DNA from: an uncultured Planctomycetaceae bacterium
GTDB lineage: Bacteria; Planctomycetota; Planctomycetia; Planctomycetales; Planctomycetaceae
Length of the DNA stretch: 64,000 nucleotides
Reading direction: 5' to 3'
NCBI GenBank assembly: GCA_963813715.1
Contig: CAWFAK010000014.1
Location: 1-64,000 of the forward strand
Positions 10,237-21,679 of this stretch are shown here, piece after piece. The position numbers were made by a program, and so were the translations under genes. The notes below the pieces were generated by a model, which saw only the letters and a list, made by a program, of their open reading frames with translations, had not been told where the DNA came from and did no database searches. Position 1 is the stretch's first letter; every line of letters starts with the position of its first letter.

Positions 10237-11640
10237 TCAGCCCGACGGTGAAATGGTCAGCATCCATTCTAGCGCGAGGACGCGGCCAACCACCATTCTA
10301 CCGCGAGGACGCGTTGACGGCGCCCGAATTGCCCTGCTCGTTGCCGTGCTCGGGACGACGGCTGGCAAGGAGGACGTCGGCGCCTCCGACGACGTGGCCG
10401 AAACCGGCTTGGCGGCCGTGCGGGAGCGGCGCGCGGGATCGAGCTCGGGCCACATCCGCGTGCGGTAAATCGACAATCCGTCGACTGCGTGATAAAGGGC
10501 TCCGCACTCGGCGGACGCCTGGCGGTTCTCGATCAGCTCGTGGGCCAGAGCGGCCGCCGCGCGATGCACCCATTCTTCCTGCAGACGCGCCTGGGGCACT
10601 GCCACGCAGATGAATTCCAGGATGTGGCCCGTCGTGCCGATCCGCTTGACGAAGTCGGTCGAGTAACCGGGCCCTTGGAAGTAGTTCGACGAGAAAGTGC
10701 CGTCGCTGTTCTGGTTGGCGCGAGCCTCTTCGACGTAGCGCTGAACTTTCTGGTCCGCCTCGAACCAGGCGCCGGTGATGGGTCGGCCCGTTTCACGATA
10801 GGCGTTGCGGGCATAGGCGAGCGCGAACAGCCCGTGCGTCCCGCCGCAGGCCGCCGACGTCACCACTTTGCCGTTTTCGATCTGGATGAGCCGCTCCATG
10901 CTCCAGGGCTGGCCGTCTTTGTTGATCCAGTGGGCGTCCGGCTCGATGTAGTGCGAGAGGAACCACAACGTCCAGGTGACTTCTTCGCGGTCGTTGACTT
11001 CCATCTGCGCGCCGCTGATGAAGTCGCTGATCGATGCCATCTCGCCGCTCGACGTGCGGAATTTGAAGTCGAGCGGCAAGTCGCACATGGTCATGTAGGC
11101 CATGAACTGGTTCGGATGGCCCTGGAAGGCGTAGGGGACGTTGTTATACGGATGCGCGTGCGCACCGTAGGACGTTTTTTCGAACCAGGGTTGGTTCTTG
11201 TACTCGGGGCCCGAGGCGACCCAGTTGAGGGCGTTCACTTTGACGCCGTTCTGCTTGATCTGGTAATCGCGCCGGTACGCCAGCAAACCGTGGACGATCT
11301 GCCACGGCGTGTGGACTTCCGTCTCGAGGAACCGCCGCGAAGTGACCTCGATGGCCTGCTGGACTTGCGCAGCCAACGGATCGCTGATCGTCGACGCCGC
11401 ACTCGGCGTTTCCGGTGCGGCGGCTGCCGGCGGGGAGAGATCTTTTTGCGGGACGTCGTCGGCGTAAAGTCTGGAGGAAGGGGCGACGGCCAGCGTGCAG
11501 GCCAGGGCGCTGCGCCCCACGATGTCGCCAAACGGCGCAGATTCGAAAGACGCATTGCTCGGTCCAACTCCTGAGTTGTCGTTCCGTGATGAGGCCAAGA
11601 GCCAGGTGCGCGAGATCCTGTCTCCGTGCGTCGCAGCCAA
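10237..11640 (-). CDS. Conserved secreted hypothetical protein (start uncertain)
   Basis: 467-aa ORF with strong GC3 bias and HTPWQIVHGLLAY, ACGGTHGL and QNSDGTFS motifs. Confidence 0.7.
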   Translation of the reverse strand: MAATHGDRISRTWLLASSRNDNSGVGPSNASFESAPFGDIVGRSALACTLAVAPSSRLYADDVPQKDLSPPAAAAPETPSAASTISDPLAAQVQQAIEVTSRRFLETEVHTPWQIVHGLLAYRRDYQIKQNGVKVNALNWVASGPEYKNQPWFEKTSYGAHAHPYNNVPYAFQGHPNQFMAYMTMCDLPLDFKFRTSSGEMASISDFISGAQMEVNDREEVTWTLWFLSHYIEPDAHWINKDGQPWSMERLIQIENGKVVTSAACGGTHGLFALAYARNAYRETGRPITGAWFEADQKVQRYVEEARANQNSDGTFSSNYFQGPGYSTDFVKRIGTTGHILEFICVAVPQARLQEEWVHRAAAALAHELIENRQASAECGALYHAVDGLSIYRTRMWPELDPARRSRTAAKPVSATSSEAPTSSLPAVVPSTATSRAIRAPSTRPRGRMVVGRVLALEWMLTISPSG

Positions 11641-12135
11641 TCGGCGGCCGGCCCCTAAGGCGAGGGCCCTATTCTATCCGTGGGAAAGCACTCAAGCTAC
11701 CAAGTCATCCCAGTCTGCGTGATCGGCAAACTGCCCGGAGATGCGATTATCCTTCCTACCAACGACGTGAGATCAGCTCCTGATGGCCGGGGCGGCCCCT
11801 ACCCCGACGCGTCGGGCCAATCTCCTCCCGGCGTGCGTCCAAAACCATCGACCAAGCAAAGTGCGAGCATACAAAAAAGGCCTTGCGCGACGACTAACCG
11901 GCGAAAGTCCTGCATCGCGAGCAACAAGCAAGGTCTGGCCGACGAACAAACCCTCCGCCGTTCGCGCAACCGTCAGGGTCGCGGCGGTGACTCGAGGGGC
12001 GGGGGCGGGGGCGAGCGTGCATCCCAGCCAAATCGAGCCGACACCTGGGCTTGCCGCCCGCTATTAAGCGTTCGACCTGCCCGGCGGAGGAACCGTTAGT
12101 GGCCAAGCCGGCGTACCGGGGAAATGACGCGGGGT

Positions 12136-12573
12136 TCACCCGCGCAGGCTTCGCCAAGGTTCCTGATCGCTGACGTCGATCAAGGCCGGCCCGGAAATCT
12201 TCGCGGGCGAAAGAATGGCCAGGAATTCAAGAACATCGGTCCCGGCGTTGTAAGTTCCGTGGACGATCCCCTTAGGAATGTGGGCGATCTGCCCCGGGGT
12301 TAAGGTTCGCCGTTCGCGATTGACCCACTGCTCGGCCCGGCCGGCGAGGACGTAGATGATCTCTTCCATCTCCGGATGCGTGTGAAATTTGTGCCCTTGG
12401 CCGGGAGGCATATGAACTCGCACCAACAGCAGGTCTTGCGCGTCGGTCAATCCGGGGCGGCAGAGCCAATCGTGCGGACCCCAGGGGAGCGTTTCGACCT
12501 GCATCTCCGTTTCGGTGACGAACCGCAGCGTACCCGCTGGTTGGCCCGGGTCAGCATTCGCGGGACCGGCCAT
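12136..12573 (-). CDS. Cupin domain protein
   Basis: HKFHTHPEMEEIIYVLAG...HIPKGIVHGTYN. Start overlaps the sirtuin stop (TGATG). Confidence 0.85.
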   Translation of the reverse strand: MAGPANADPGQPAGTLRFVTETEMQVETLPWGPHDWLCRPGLTDAQDLLLVRVHMPPGQGHKFHTHPEMEEIIYVLAGRAEQWVNRERRTLTPGQIAHIPKGIVHGTYNAGTDVLEFLAILSPAKISGPALIDVSDQEPWRSLRG

Positions 12574-13407
12574 CACGAGGCCTCCGATCGAACGGTTGCG
12601 CCCGGCGCAGCGGGCAAGAGCGAATCGACACCCTCCAGGCACGCTCCAATCGCGCGGCGCAGCACAAGGTCTGCCAGGCTGTCGAGCGGCGTCGGTTCGC
12701 GGTTGATGATCACCAGCCGCGCGCCGGATTCCTTTGCCAGGACCGGCAAGTCGGCGGCCGGCGTGACGACCAGTGACGAGCCGATCGCCAGAAACAAATC
12801 GGCCTCGCGCGACCAAGAACATCGCTTGTCGCAAGACGTCGACCGGCAGCGCCTGGCCGAACGAGATAGTCGCATGCTTCGTCAGGCCGCCGCACCGATC
12901 GCAACGGGGCACGGCCTGCGTCTGCTGGAACCGCGCGAGCATCGCCTGCGCATCGTAGAGCGTGCCGCAGTCGAGACAGCCGACCTTGCGCGCGGTGCCG
13001 TGCAGCTCGAGCACCTGGCGGCTCCCCGCGATCTGGTGCAGGCCGTCGATATTTTGCGTGATGACGCCCCGAATGCGGCCAACGGCCTCCCAACGGGCGA
13101 AAGCCCGATGGGCCGTGTTGGGCTGTGCATCGGCGAACTGCAAGTGCGTTTCCGCCCGCTGACGCCAGTACTCGATCTGCGCCTGAGAGTCGCGGCAATA
13201 CTCATCGAAGAGAATCGGCTTGGTCCGCGACCAGACGCCGCCGGGCGAGCGAAAGTCCGGAATGCCGCTTTCAGTGCTGACGCCCGCGCCGGTAAAGACC
13301 ACGCACCGCTCGGCCCGACCGAGCCACTCGGCGATTCGTTCGAGATCGGCGTCCAAACGGGCTCCTTTCCTGGGAAATGGACCCGGAATCCGGGCGGAAA
13401 GTGGCAT
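12573..13407 (-). CDS. cobB: Sir2-family NAD-dependent deacylase (frameshift near 12825)
   Basis: GAGVSTESGIPDFRSPGG, TQNIDGLH, ELHG, two CxxC, GSSLVVTPAA and IINREPT motifs. Confidence 0.9.
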
Positions 13408-13504
13408 TCGTCGGCATTTTGGTGTACGAATGTTGCTTCAGGAGTTTTCGGTGTTCGTCCGTTCCGAATCACCATCTTTCGCGAAGCGAGCTCAGTTGCG
13501 CGTG

Positions 13505-14227
13505 ATGACCCAATTGCCTCAGCCGCTCAAGGCCCAGCCGACAGTTTACATCGTCGATGATGACCAGGCGACGCGCAAGTCGCTGCGCTGGCTGGTCGAA
13601 ACGCTGGGCGTCTCCGTCCAGACGTTTCATTCCGGTGCCAGCTTCCTTGATTCGTACGACCCAGTTCAGCCCGGGTGCCTGGTGCTCGATGTGATGATGG
13701 CGGGCATGACTGGCCTCGAGCTGCAGCGCGAACTCAACGCGCGGAAAATCGAAATTCCGGTGATCGTGCTCACCGGTTACGGCGACGTGCCCACGGCGGT
13801 GAATGCGCTCAAGAACGGGGCCGTGGAGTTTCTGGAGAAGCCGTTCGACGGCGAAGTCCTGCTCGAGCAAGTTCGCAAGGCGCTCGAGCTGGACGACTCC
13901 CGGCGCCGTGAGCGGGATGCCGGTGAGGAAGTGCGGATGCGGTACAAGCGCCTCACGCCGCGCGAAAAGCAGATTCTCAAGACGGTCGTCGACGGTCTGT
14001 CCAGCAAGGAAATCGCCACGCTTTGCAGCGTGAGCTTCAAAACCGTTGAGGCTCACCGCGCCAAGATCATGAAGAAGATGGAAGCCACCGGCGTGGCGCA
14101 CCTCGTCAAGATGGTGGTCAGTTGCACCGACATCGCCAACCAAGTGATCACGGTGCCGTCCGGCAGTGCCACGGGTGCCAGTGCGTCGGGCGCCGGTACA
14201 GCAGGGAACAGTGTAGCGGGCGACTGA
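13505..14227 (+). CDS. FixJ/LuxR-type response regulator
   Basis: VYIVDDD, GCLVLDVMM, GAVEFLEKPF, then LTPRE...KTVEAHRAKIMKKM HTH. Confidence 0.9.
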   Translation: MTQLPQPLKAQPTVYIVDDDQATRKSLRWLVETLGVSVQTFHSGASFLDSYDPVQPGCLVLDVMMAGMTGLELQRELNARKIEIPVIVLTGYGDVPTAVNALKNGAVEFLEKPFDGEVLLEQVRKALELDDSRRRERDAGEEVRMRYKRLTPREKQILKTVVDGLSSKEIATLCSVSFKTVEAHRAKIMKKMEATGVAHLVKMVVSCTDIANQVITVPSGSATGASASGAGTAGNSVAGD

Positions 14228-14458
14228 AGAGGTCGCCTCGCCCGGGCTGTGTCGTTGCTCTTGCCGAGCGTCAGCGCGGCGTCGTGATGGCGCCCACCTC
14301 GGTCGTCGCCGAGCTTGCCGTCCAGCCGCCGCTGCAGTGAACGGCGGCTAGGTTCTCGGAAGATGAACCGATTAAACTAGCCGACACCGGAATCTTTTCA
14401 CGGTATTGCGCTGACACCGTGTTGACCGGCGAAACCATTAACACACGAGCGTCGCATT

Positions 14459-15373
14459 TTGCAGGAATCGCCTCCCACACTCGAACTGAACGGCGTGCCG
14501 ATTGCCGACACGTTCGCGGAAGCTTTTCCGATCACCGGCACGCGACTGATCGTCACGGCTGAAGAACTCGCGTGGGCGCAGACGGCCGCGGCTACTTTTT
14601 GCGGGAATGCGACCAGCGTGATCGGCTGTGACGTGGAGGCAGCGCTCGAACGATCGCTGCCCAGCGACGAAACGCCGGACGGCCGCCCCGGCGTGAGCAT
14701 TTTGGCATTTGCCTTCAGTCGCGAAGCTCTGGGTGCGGCAGTTGCCGGCCGCGTCGGTCAATGCATTCTGACGTGTCCCACGACGGCCTGTTACAACGGC
14801 CTGCCCGAATCTCCGCCGGAGAAGCAGTTTGTCGTCGGCGGGCAATTGCGGTTCTTCGGCGACGGTTTTCAAAGCTCGAAAAAGATTCTGGGCCGCCGCT
14901 TGTGGCGGATTCCCGTCATGGACGGCGAATTCGTTTGCGAAGATCGCTTCGGTACCGTCAAAGGCGTGGCCGGAGGCAACCTGCTGATCTGCGGAAAAAC
15001 TCAAGTTGCCGCGCTGCGAGCGGCCGAGAAAGCAGTCGCCGCAATCCGCGAAGTTCCCGGAGCCATTGCGCCGTTTCCGGGGGGAATCGTGCGGAGCGGG
15101 AGCAAGGTCGGCTCGCGATACAAGAAACTCAAAGCCAGCACGAACGACGCCTATTGCCCGACCTTGGTCGCGCAGACCGAGTCGGCGTTGCCGCCGGGGA
15201 CCGCTGCCGTTTACGAGATCGTCATCGACGGACTGTCGGCCGAGAATGTGCGCGACGCGATGCGAGCCGGGCTGCACGCGGCCGCCGCGATGGCCGATCT
15301 CACGCTGATCACCGCGGGCAATTACGGCGGTAAACTCGGCCCCCATCATTTCCGCCTGCGAGATCTGCTGTGA
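14459..15373 (+). CDS. fhcD: Formylmethanofuran--tetrahydromethanopterin N-formyltransferase
   Basis: DTFAEAF, TPDGRPG, RVGQCILTCPT, LRFFGDGFQ, PFPGGIVRSGSKVGS, YEIVIDG and AGNYGGKLG motifs. Confidence 0.95.
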   Translation: MQESPPTLELNGVPIADTFAEAFPITGTRLIVTAEELAWAQTAAATFCGNATSVIGCDVEAALERSLPSDETPDGRPGVSILAFAFSREALGAAVAGRVGQCILTCPTTACYNGLPESPPEKQFVVGGQLRFFGDGFQSSKKILGRRLWRIPVMDGEFVCEDRFGTVKGVAGGNLLICGKTQVAALRAAEKAVAAIREVPGAIAPFPGGIVRSGSKVGSRYKKLKASTNDAYCPTLVAQTESALPPGTAAVYEIVIDGLSAENVRDAMRAGLHAAAAMADLTLITAGNYGGKLGPHHFRLRDLL

Positions 15374-17574
15374 CCGCTGCGAACTCCGACGTGACAGCCC
15401 AGACCGGCGAAGACCGCGGGCCGGCGTACGGAGGTCGTCGCGCGGCCTACGCGGTGATTTTCGCCATTACGCTGGGCGTGCTCGGGGCGGCGGTTTGGCA
15501 GGTGAGGCCGCTGCTCAGCGCCAACGACCGCTCGCGGTGGTGCACGGTCTGGTCGCTGGTCGAGCGGCACACCTACCAGATCGACGAGATCGACGCCGTG
15601 TCGGGTTGGGGGACGATCGACAAGGTGCGGCAGGGGGGGCACTACTATTCGAGCAAGCCTCCTGTGCTCTCGACGATTGTCGCCGGCGTTTACTGGGTCG
15701 TGCGGGCGGTCACCGGCTGGAGCCTGAATGCCGAGCCCGACGAGATGGCCCGGACAATGCGCTTGATCCTGTTCCTGGTCAACGTGATTCCGCTCTTGGC
15801 CGGTCTGCTGGTGGTGATGCGATTGGTCGAGCGGTACGCGGCGAGCGATTTCGCCCGATTAATCATCGTCGGGGCGTTCGCCTTTTCCACGTTTCTCACC
15901 ACGTTCTCTGTCACGCTCAATAATCACACGATCGCCGGCCTGGCCGTGCTGGCGGCGCTTTATCCGACGTGCCGCATCCTGGCTGACGGCTCGCTGCGAC
16001 CGGTCCATTTTGCGTGCGCCGGCTTCTTTGCCGTCTTCGCGGCCGTCAACGAATTGCCGGCGGCGGCGTTTGCGGCGGCCGTCGCCCTGGTGCTGCTGCG
16101 TCGCTCGGTCCTGCGGGCGTTTCTTTGGGCGCTCCCGGCGGCCGTCGTGCCCTTGGCGTTTTTCTTCCTCACGCAGTGGCTGGCGACGGGGAGTTGGAAG
16201 CCGTTTTACGCGGACTATGGGACGGACAAATACAAATATGTTGTCGACGGCGTTCCCAGCTACTGGATGCACCCGGCCGGCCTGGATGCGCTCCACGAGT
16301 CGCCGCTGGTTTACTTATTTCATTGCACGCTGGGGCACCACGGCATCCTTTCGCTCTCGCCCATCTTTCTATTTGCGCTGGCGGCGTGGCTCGTGCCGGC
16401 CTTGTCGCGCGGCTGGAGTTTGCGGCCCATCCTCTGGGGCTCGGCGGCCATCACCGTCGTTGTGCTGGCGTTCTACTTGACCCGGACCGAGAACTACAAC
16501 TACGGCGGCAACACGTCCGGCCTGCGCTGGACCTTCTGGCTCATTCCGCTCTGGCTGGTCTCGATGATCCCCGCGCTCGACGCGGCGGCCACTCGACTGG
16601 GCGGCCGCGCCCTCGCGCTCGTCTGCCTGGCGGTGAGCACATTCTCCGCCTGGTACCCGATCGAGAATCCTTGGCAGCATCCGTGGCTGTTTCAGGCGAT
16701 GGAGCACTGGCACTGGATCGATTACCGTCATCCGATCGACAACTTCACTCGCCCGGTCGTCACGTTCTTTCCTCTCTTGCCCGAGCATGACGGGGAGTGG
16801 ATCGACTTTGCCGGCATCGATCCGAACGGACGGCCGCTCCGCCTGCGATTGGCCGACCGGGGCAGCGAGACCCGTGACGGGCGCACTCTCCGGCGGATCG
16901 CCGCCATCTGGAACGCCGGCACCAAAGAGGAGCGAACGCTCACCTTCCTGATTGACCCCATCGCGTTCAACGCGGGCGAAACTCCGGCGCAATTCCTGGT
17001 CGACGAGTTGCTGCCTCCGGCTGAGACGAAGGAGCAGGCCGAGGCCTTCTTGCGGGGACTGCCCAGCGTCCGCCCCTATCGCCGCGAGAGTGTGCGGTAT
17101 TTGAAGACGCCATTGCGGCACGATGCCTTCGCCTGTCGGAAGGCGGCCGCCCAGGTCGCGGTGGAGGATCCGGAATCGGGACACACGTTCATTCACCGGA
17201 TCGACGTCTGGCTGACCGGGGCCGTGCCGTTCGGCGTGCTGGAGATCGACCAGACCGTGCGCGACGACGACACCGACGAGCTGATCAGTGCCCGCCGATT
17301 GACGGCTGTCGCCACCAGCCGTTCGCTTCCCGCGGCCCCCACGTCGGCCGCCACCTTCGACGAGTCCGAAGCCCCGGCCTTAACATTCCCGCAAAGTAAA
17401 GTCGGTCGGCAGCGAACTAAGTCCGTTTGCAACAACCACTCCCGGCCGGTCGTTCGTGGTTCGGCAAGCGGCTCGGGCCAAAACCCGCGGGAATTTGTAA
17501 AAATTTCTCGTCGCGACACTCGCCCACTATTCGGGCGAAAAAATGTCGCACGCGGTGCGGGTGGCCGTTTATAG
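15370..17574 (+). CDS. Polytopic membrane protein, possible GT-C-fold glycosyltransferase (3' end uncertain)
   Basis: ANDRSRW and HYYSSKPP loop motifs with about 10 TM segments. GTGA overlap with the fhcD stop. Confidence 0.65.
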   Translation: MTAANSDVTAQTGEDRGPAYGGRRAAYAVIFAITLGVLGAAVWQVRPLLSANDRSRWCTVWSLVERHTYQIDEIDAVSGWGTIDKVRQGGHYYSSKPPVLSTIVAGVYWVVRAVTGWSLNAEPDEMARTMRLILFLVNVIPLLAGLLVVMRLVERYAASDFARLIIVGAFAFSTFLTTFSVTLNNHTIAGLAVLAALYPTCRILADGSLRPVHFACAGFFAVFAAVNELPAAAFAAAVALVLLRRSVLRAFLWALPAAVVPLAFFFLTQWLATGSWKPFYADYGTDKYKYVVDGVPSYWMHPAGLDALHESPLVYLFHCTLGHHGILSLSPIFLFALAAWLVPALSRGWSLRPILWGSAAITVVVLAFYLTRTENYNYGGNTSGLRWTFWLIPLWLVSMIPALDAAATRLGGRALALVCLAVSTFSAWYPIENPWQHPWLFQAMEHWHWIDYRHPIDNFTRPVVTFFPLLPEHDGEWIDFAGIDPNGRPLRLRLADRGSETRDGRTLRRIAAIWNAGTKEERTLTFLIDPIAFNAGETPAQFLVDELLPPAETKEQAEAFLRGLPSVRPYRRESVRYLKTPLRHDAFACRKAAAQVAVEDPESGHTFIHRIDVWLTGAVPFGVLEIDQTVRDDDTDELISARRLTAVATSRSLPAAPTSAATFDESEAPALTFPQSKVGRQRTKSVCNNHSRPVVRGSASGSGQNPREFVKISRRDTRPLFGRKNVARGAGGRL

Positions 17575-17805
17575 TGCATAATTGCCGGGCCGTTGCCGGT
17601 ACGCGATTTGCGAAACCGTGCTGGCTGTCGCCGCGAATTGCTCTGGAACCGGGGAGCGATTCAACGGCCAACTCTTTGAAGGAGCGACCGGTTCTTTTGC
17701 CAGGGACTGGATTTTGTCCGTCTCTGCAATGTGACTGGTGAGCGACTCTCACTCGCCGTTCGTTGCAGGACTCACTCTCACCGCAGTCCAGCGAAAGAAC
17801 ACGCC

Positions 17806-18698
17806 GTGGCTCCTCGACCCGCTTGGAAGGGTTATTTACGGATCAGTCTCGTTTCCGTTCCCGTGCAGGCTTACACGGGTTCCTCGGGCTCGACCGACGA
17901 GGGAAACAGCCCGATCCGTTTCAATCAGCTCCACCGCGACTGCCACAGCCGCATTAAATATGTGAAGACCTGTCCCATTCACGGCGAAGTGCCCAACGAT
18001 GAAATCGTGTCGGGCTACGAATACGCCAAGGGGCAGTACGTCGAGATCAATCCCGAAGAGCTGGCCGAGCTGCGTCCGGAAGGGGAGCGTGCGATCAACG
18101 TCGAGGGATTCGTCCACCCGGACACGATCGATCCGGCTTACCTCAGCGGTAAGACGTATTTCCTCACGCCCGACGGCAACCTGGGCCAAAAGCCGTATCA
18201 GCTGATCCAGGAGGCGATGGTCAGCGAAGAGCTCAATGCCATCGCGCGGATGAAAATCACCACCCGCGAACACCTGGTGCGCGTGCGGGCGGAGGACGGC
18301 CTGCTGATCGTCGACCTCCTGCAGTACGCGTCGCAGGTGAAAGACCCGGCCCAGTTCAAGGAAGAGCTGGCCGACACGCATCCGACGGCGCCGAGCGCAA
18401 GCTCACGCGGCAATTGATCGCGTCGATGGTGGACGACAACCTCGACCTGAACGAGCAGAGCGATGCCTACACCGATCGGGTCCGCGAGCTGATCGAAGCC
18501 AAAGTGCAGGGCAAGCAGATCGTGACGCCGACGCCCGTCGAAGAGCCGCCGATCGTCAACATCATGGAAGCGCTCAAGAAAAGCATGAAGCAGGCCACGA
18601 GCGACAAGAAGGCGAAAGCCTCGTCCTCGCGGCCGCCCGTCAAGAGCGTCGCCCGCCGCCTGCCGTCCCGCACGGCCAAGAAGAAAAAGTCGGGCTGA
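17806..18698 (+). CDS. ku: NHEJ Ku protein (frameshift near 18390)
   Basis: RPAWKGYLRISLVSVPV, RFNQLH, IVSGYEY, LIEAKVQG, VNIMEALKKS and a basic tail. Confidence 0.93.
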
Positions 18699-18809
18699 TC
18701 GTTCGGTGCGGCTCGCGAGCCGTCGGCAATTCCCGACAAGCGCGGTCATGGCCGGTTTCGAGATTCAGTCTCTCAGCCGCGGCAACGCGCCGCTGAATTC
18801 TCTTGCTGA

Positions 18810-20751
18810 TTACTTGCTCGGTGTCCCGTTTTTCAGGGCGCAGGGCGCGGTCGAGATTTTGCCGGGCGTCCGCATCGTCGGGCAACAAGCTGACGAGAGA
18901 CTCAAACTGCCGGATCGCGTCGTCCAAGCGGCCAGAGGCCAAGAGGGCGACGGCCAGGTTGTGGCGGGCCCGAACCGATTTCGGGTCTAAACTCAGCGCA
19001 CGCTGGCTGGCAATAATCGTCTCGCGGTAGTCGCGGAGTTCGAGATCGGCCGTGCCCAGCCACTTATAGGCTTCGACGTGGTCCGGGTTGATGTCGACGG
19101 CGTGCAACAGGTTCTGCCTTGCGCCTCTTGTAGTCGTGCCGCTCGATTTGAATGCGGGCCAGGTTGTAAAAGACGTCCGGGTCCGGACCGCGCAGGGCGA
19201 GGGCCCGTTCGTAGTGCGCCGCCGCCTCGTCCAGACGTTTGGCGGTCTGCAACCCGGCGGCCAACGCGGAATGGGCGGCGGGTGACGATTCGTCCCCGCG
19301 GACCGCCGTTTCCAGCTCGGCAATGCCTTCGCTCGTGGCTCCCGCTTCGATGAGAGCGCTGCCCAGGAGTTGGTGCGCTCGCGGGTTGTCGACCGTGGAC
19401 TCCTGCGAGTGACGCAGCAGGGTCGCGCTGTCGTGCCAATAGCTCACTTGCCGATACGCGAGGAACGCGAGCAGCCCCACAGTGATGGCGGCGACCGTCG
19501 ATTGAAATTTGGCCGTCGCCGCCCGGGCAGTCGCCAGATCGCAAATGAGCCATGTAATGGCCAGAAAAATGCCGATCGCGGGAAAGTAGGTATAGCGGTC
19601 AGCCATTTGCTGCGTCCCGATCTGTACGAGGCCGATCATCGGCACGAGCGTGCCCACGTACCAACACCAGCCCACGAGCACGTACGGACAGCGACGCACG
19701 CAAACGATGGCGACAACGCTGATCGTCAGCAGCAAAACGGCCGACAGCGTCGCCGCCGTTAAACTCAACGCTGCGTGCGGATGGGGATAGTAGATCGCGA
19801 GGTTCGCCGGCCAGAAGATCTTGCCGAGATAGGCCACATAGACGACGAGCGCATTCAGCAGGCGTTCGCGTAACGGAAAATGCGCCAGATTCTTCACTCC
19901 GCCGCCGTGTGCCTGCGCGAAAGCGCGATGGCCGAAAACGCGATCGCCACGGCGAAGAACGGGATTTTTTCGGCGAGCAGCCGTCGGGCGTTGCGCAGCG
20001 CGCTCGCCAGGTTTTCTTGTGGGCGTGACACATGACCGGCGCGCTCTTCCTTCAGCCGTTCTGCCGATTGAGGCGGTATCGAGTTGATATTCGTGCGGAG
20101 ACGGCCCAGGGGCCAGAAGTCGAGCAGCAACAGCACGAAGGGCAGGGTAACGAGCGTCTGCTTCGACATCAGGCTGGCGACGAAGCACAACACCGCTGCC
20201 ACAAGCCAGCGGCACTTTTCGCGCTTCGCCCAAAGCATGTACGTGAGCATCGCCAGCAATCCGAAGAACGTGCTCAGCACGTCCTTGCGTTCGGCAATCC
20301 AGGCGACCGACTCGACGTGTAGCGGGTGCAGGCCAAAGAGTGCAGCGACAAACGCGCTCCGCCCGCGGCTGTCCGTCGCCGCCAGCAAGGCAGCGAACAG
20401 CAGCACCGTGTTGGCGACGTGCAACAGCACGTTCGTCAGGTGGTAGCCGGCCGGGCGGAAGCCAAACAGGCTGGTGTCGAGCATCAGCGAGAGCCACGTG
20501 AGTGGAATCCAGTTCGCGTCATGGATGGTGGTGAAGCTCCACGTGACCCCGGCCGGCGACAGCCCCAGCTGAATCCGCGGATTCTCCTCCGCGTAGTACG
20601 GATCATCGATGGTGATAAATCCGAACCAACACGTTTGCGCGTAGACAGTCAGAGTGAGGACGGCCAGGAGCACCGCCAAGGCCCACGCTTGTCGATCGAG
20701 TCGGCGCGGGGGAGCCGCCAAAGACGGACGCGGGTCTTTCCTGCGGCTCAT
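18810..20751 (-). CDS. TMTC-like membrane protein with TPR repeats (frameshifted)
   Basis: DDPYY, NWIPLTWLS, HPLHVESVAWIAERKDVL, MADRYTY and C-terminal TPRs. Confidence 0.85.
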
Positions 20752-21078
20752 CGAAGTCTCGAGAGAGGAATCGAGGGCGAAGTGATGGAAACTAATCGGA
20801 CAACGACGCACACACGCCCGTGCGCGAAGGATTCGCTCCATTCTGTCCGCCCCGCTTCGGGCCGGTCAATTCACCGCTCGAGTCTCGCCCGGCGATCACG
20901 AGCAGTCGCAGCGCCCGCAAGAATTCTGCGAAAACCCAGGCAGAAAACACAGACAAAAGTCGCCGCCCGCCGACTCCACAGAGTGAGAGCCGTGCTTTGG
21001 CTCGCGTCGTCGGCAGCGCACCTTTTTCACATCGCGGCGGCCGATGTCACTCCCCACTTCATTTCAGGAGAGCGAGAA

Positions 21079-21549
21079 ATGTCTGCGCAGATTCTGCATG
21101 TACCGGTCCGTAAGCACGAGGAACACAGGGTCGCTACGCGCGACGCGGGCCCGCCGATTCCCGAGTGGGCCATGACCCGCGCACGCAACGGCGCGCGCTG
21201 GCTCGACGCCAAGTACGGCCCAGATTGGGACCGCCGCATCGACTTCGATCGGCTCGAGATCGGCAGCCCGATTCGCTGCATCGTCGGTCAACTGATCCGG
21301 CACGGTTATCTCAGCATGTTGTTTGCCACGCAGATCGTCGCGCACGGCTTTTCGCGGGGACTGCTGGACGTCGTGGTAATCCTGCTGCCGATCGGTCCGG
21401 TCAAACGCGCCTATCGCCCGCTCACCGACGCCTGGAAAGTCGTGCTCCGCGAGCGGCGCGGCCCAGCCCAACCGCACGTGAAGCCTGCGGCACTCGTGGC
21501 TCCGCGCGACGGTGGCCGTCGGGCGGATGAGTACGTGCAAGTGGCGTGA
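21079..21549 (+). CDS. Hypothetical protein
   Basis: AGGAG upstream of ATG 21079 and coding-like codon bias. Confidence 0.55.
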   Translation: MSAQILHVPVRKHEEHRVATRDAGPPIPEWAMTRARNGARWLDAKYGPDWDRRIDFDRLEIGSPIRCIVGQLIRHGYLSMLFATQIVAHGFSRGLLDVVVILLPIGPVKRAYRPLTDAWKVVLRERRGPAQPHVKPAALVAPRDGGRRADEYVQVA

Positions 21550-21679
21550 AGCTGCGCATCGCCCGTGCGGCGGGTAAACGACGCGTACGGAAGAGCCGCA
21601 CGGGCGAGGGATGCGAGGCACGGTGGAGAGCACGCAGCCGCGCGTTTGCACTATCCGTTCAGCACGGCAACCGCCGCCG

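Noticed and set aside
12136..13407. Sirtuin-cupin fusion ORF, or a Sir2 anti-phage system
   Set aside because: The fusion is a frameshift artefact. The sirtuin is a standard Zn-binding CobB type with no defence partner.
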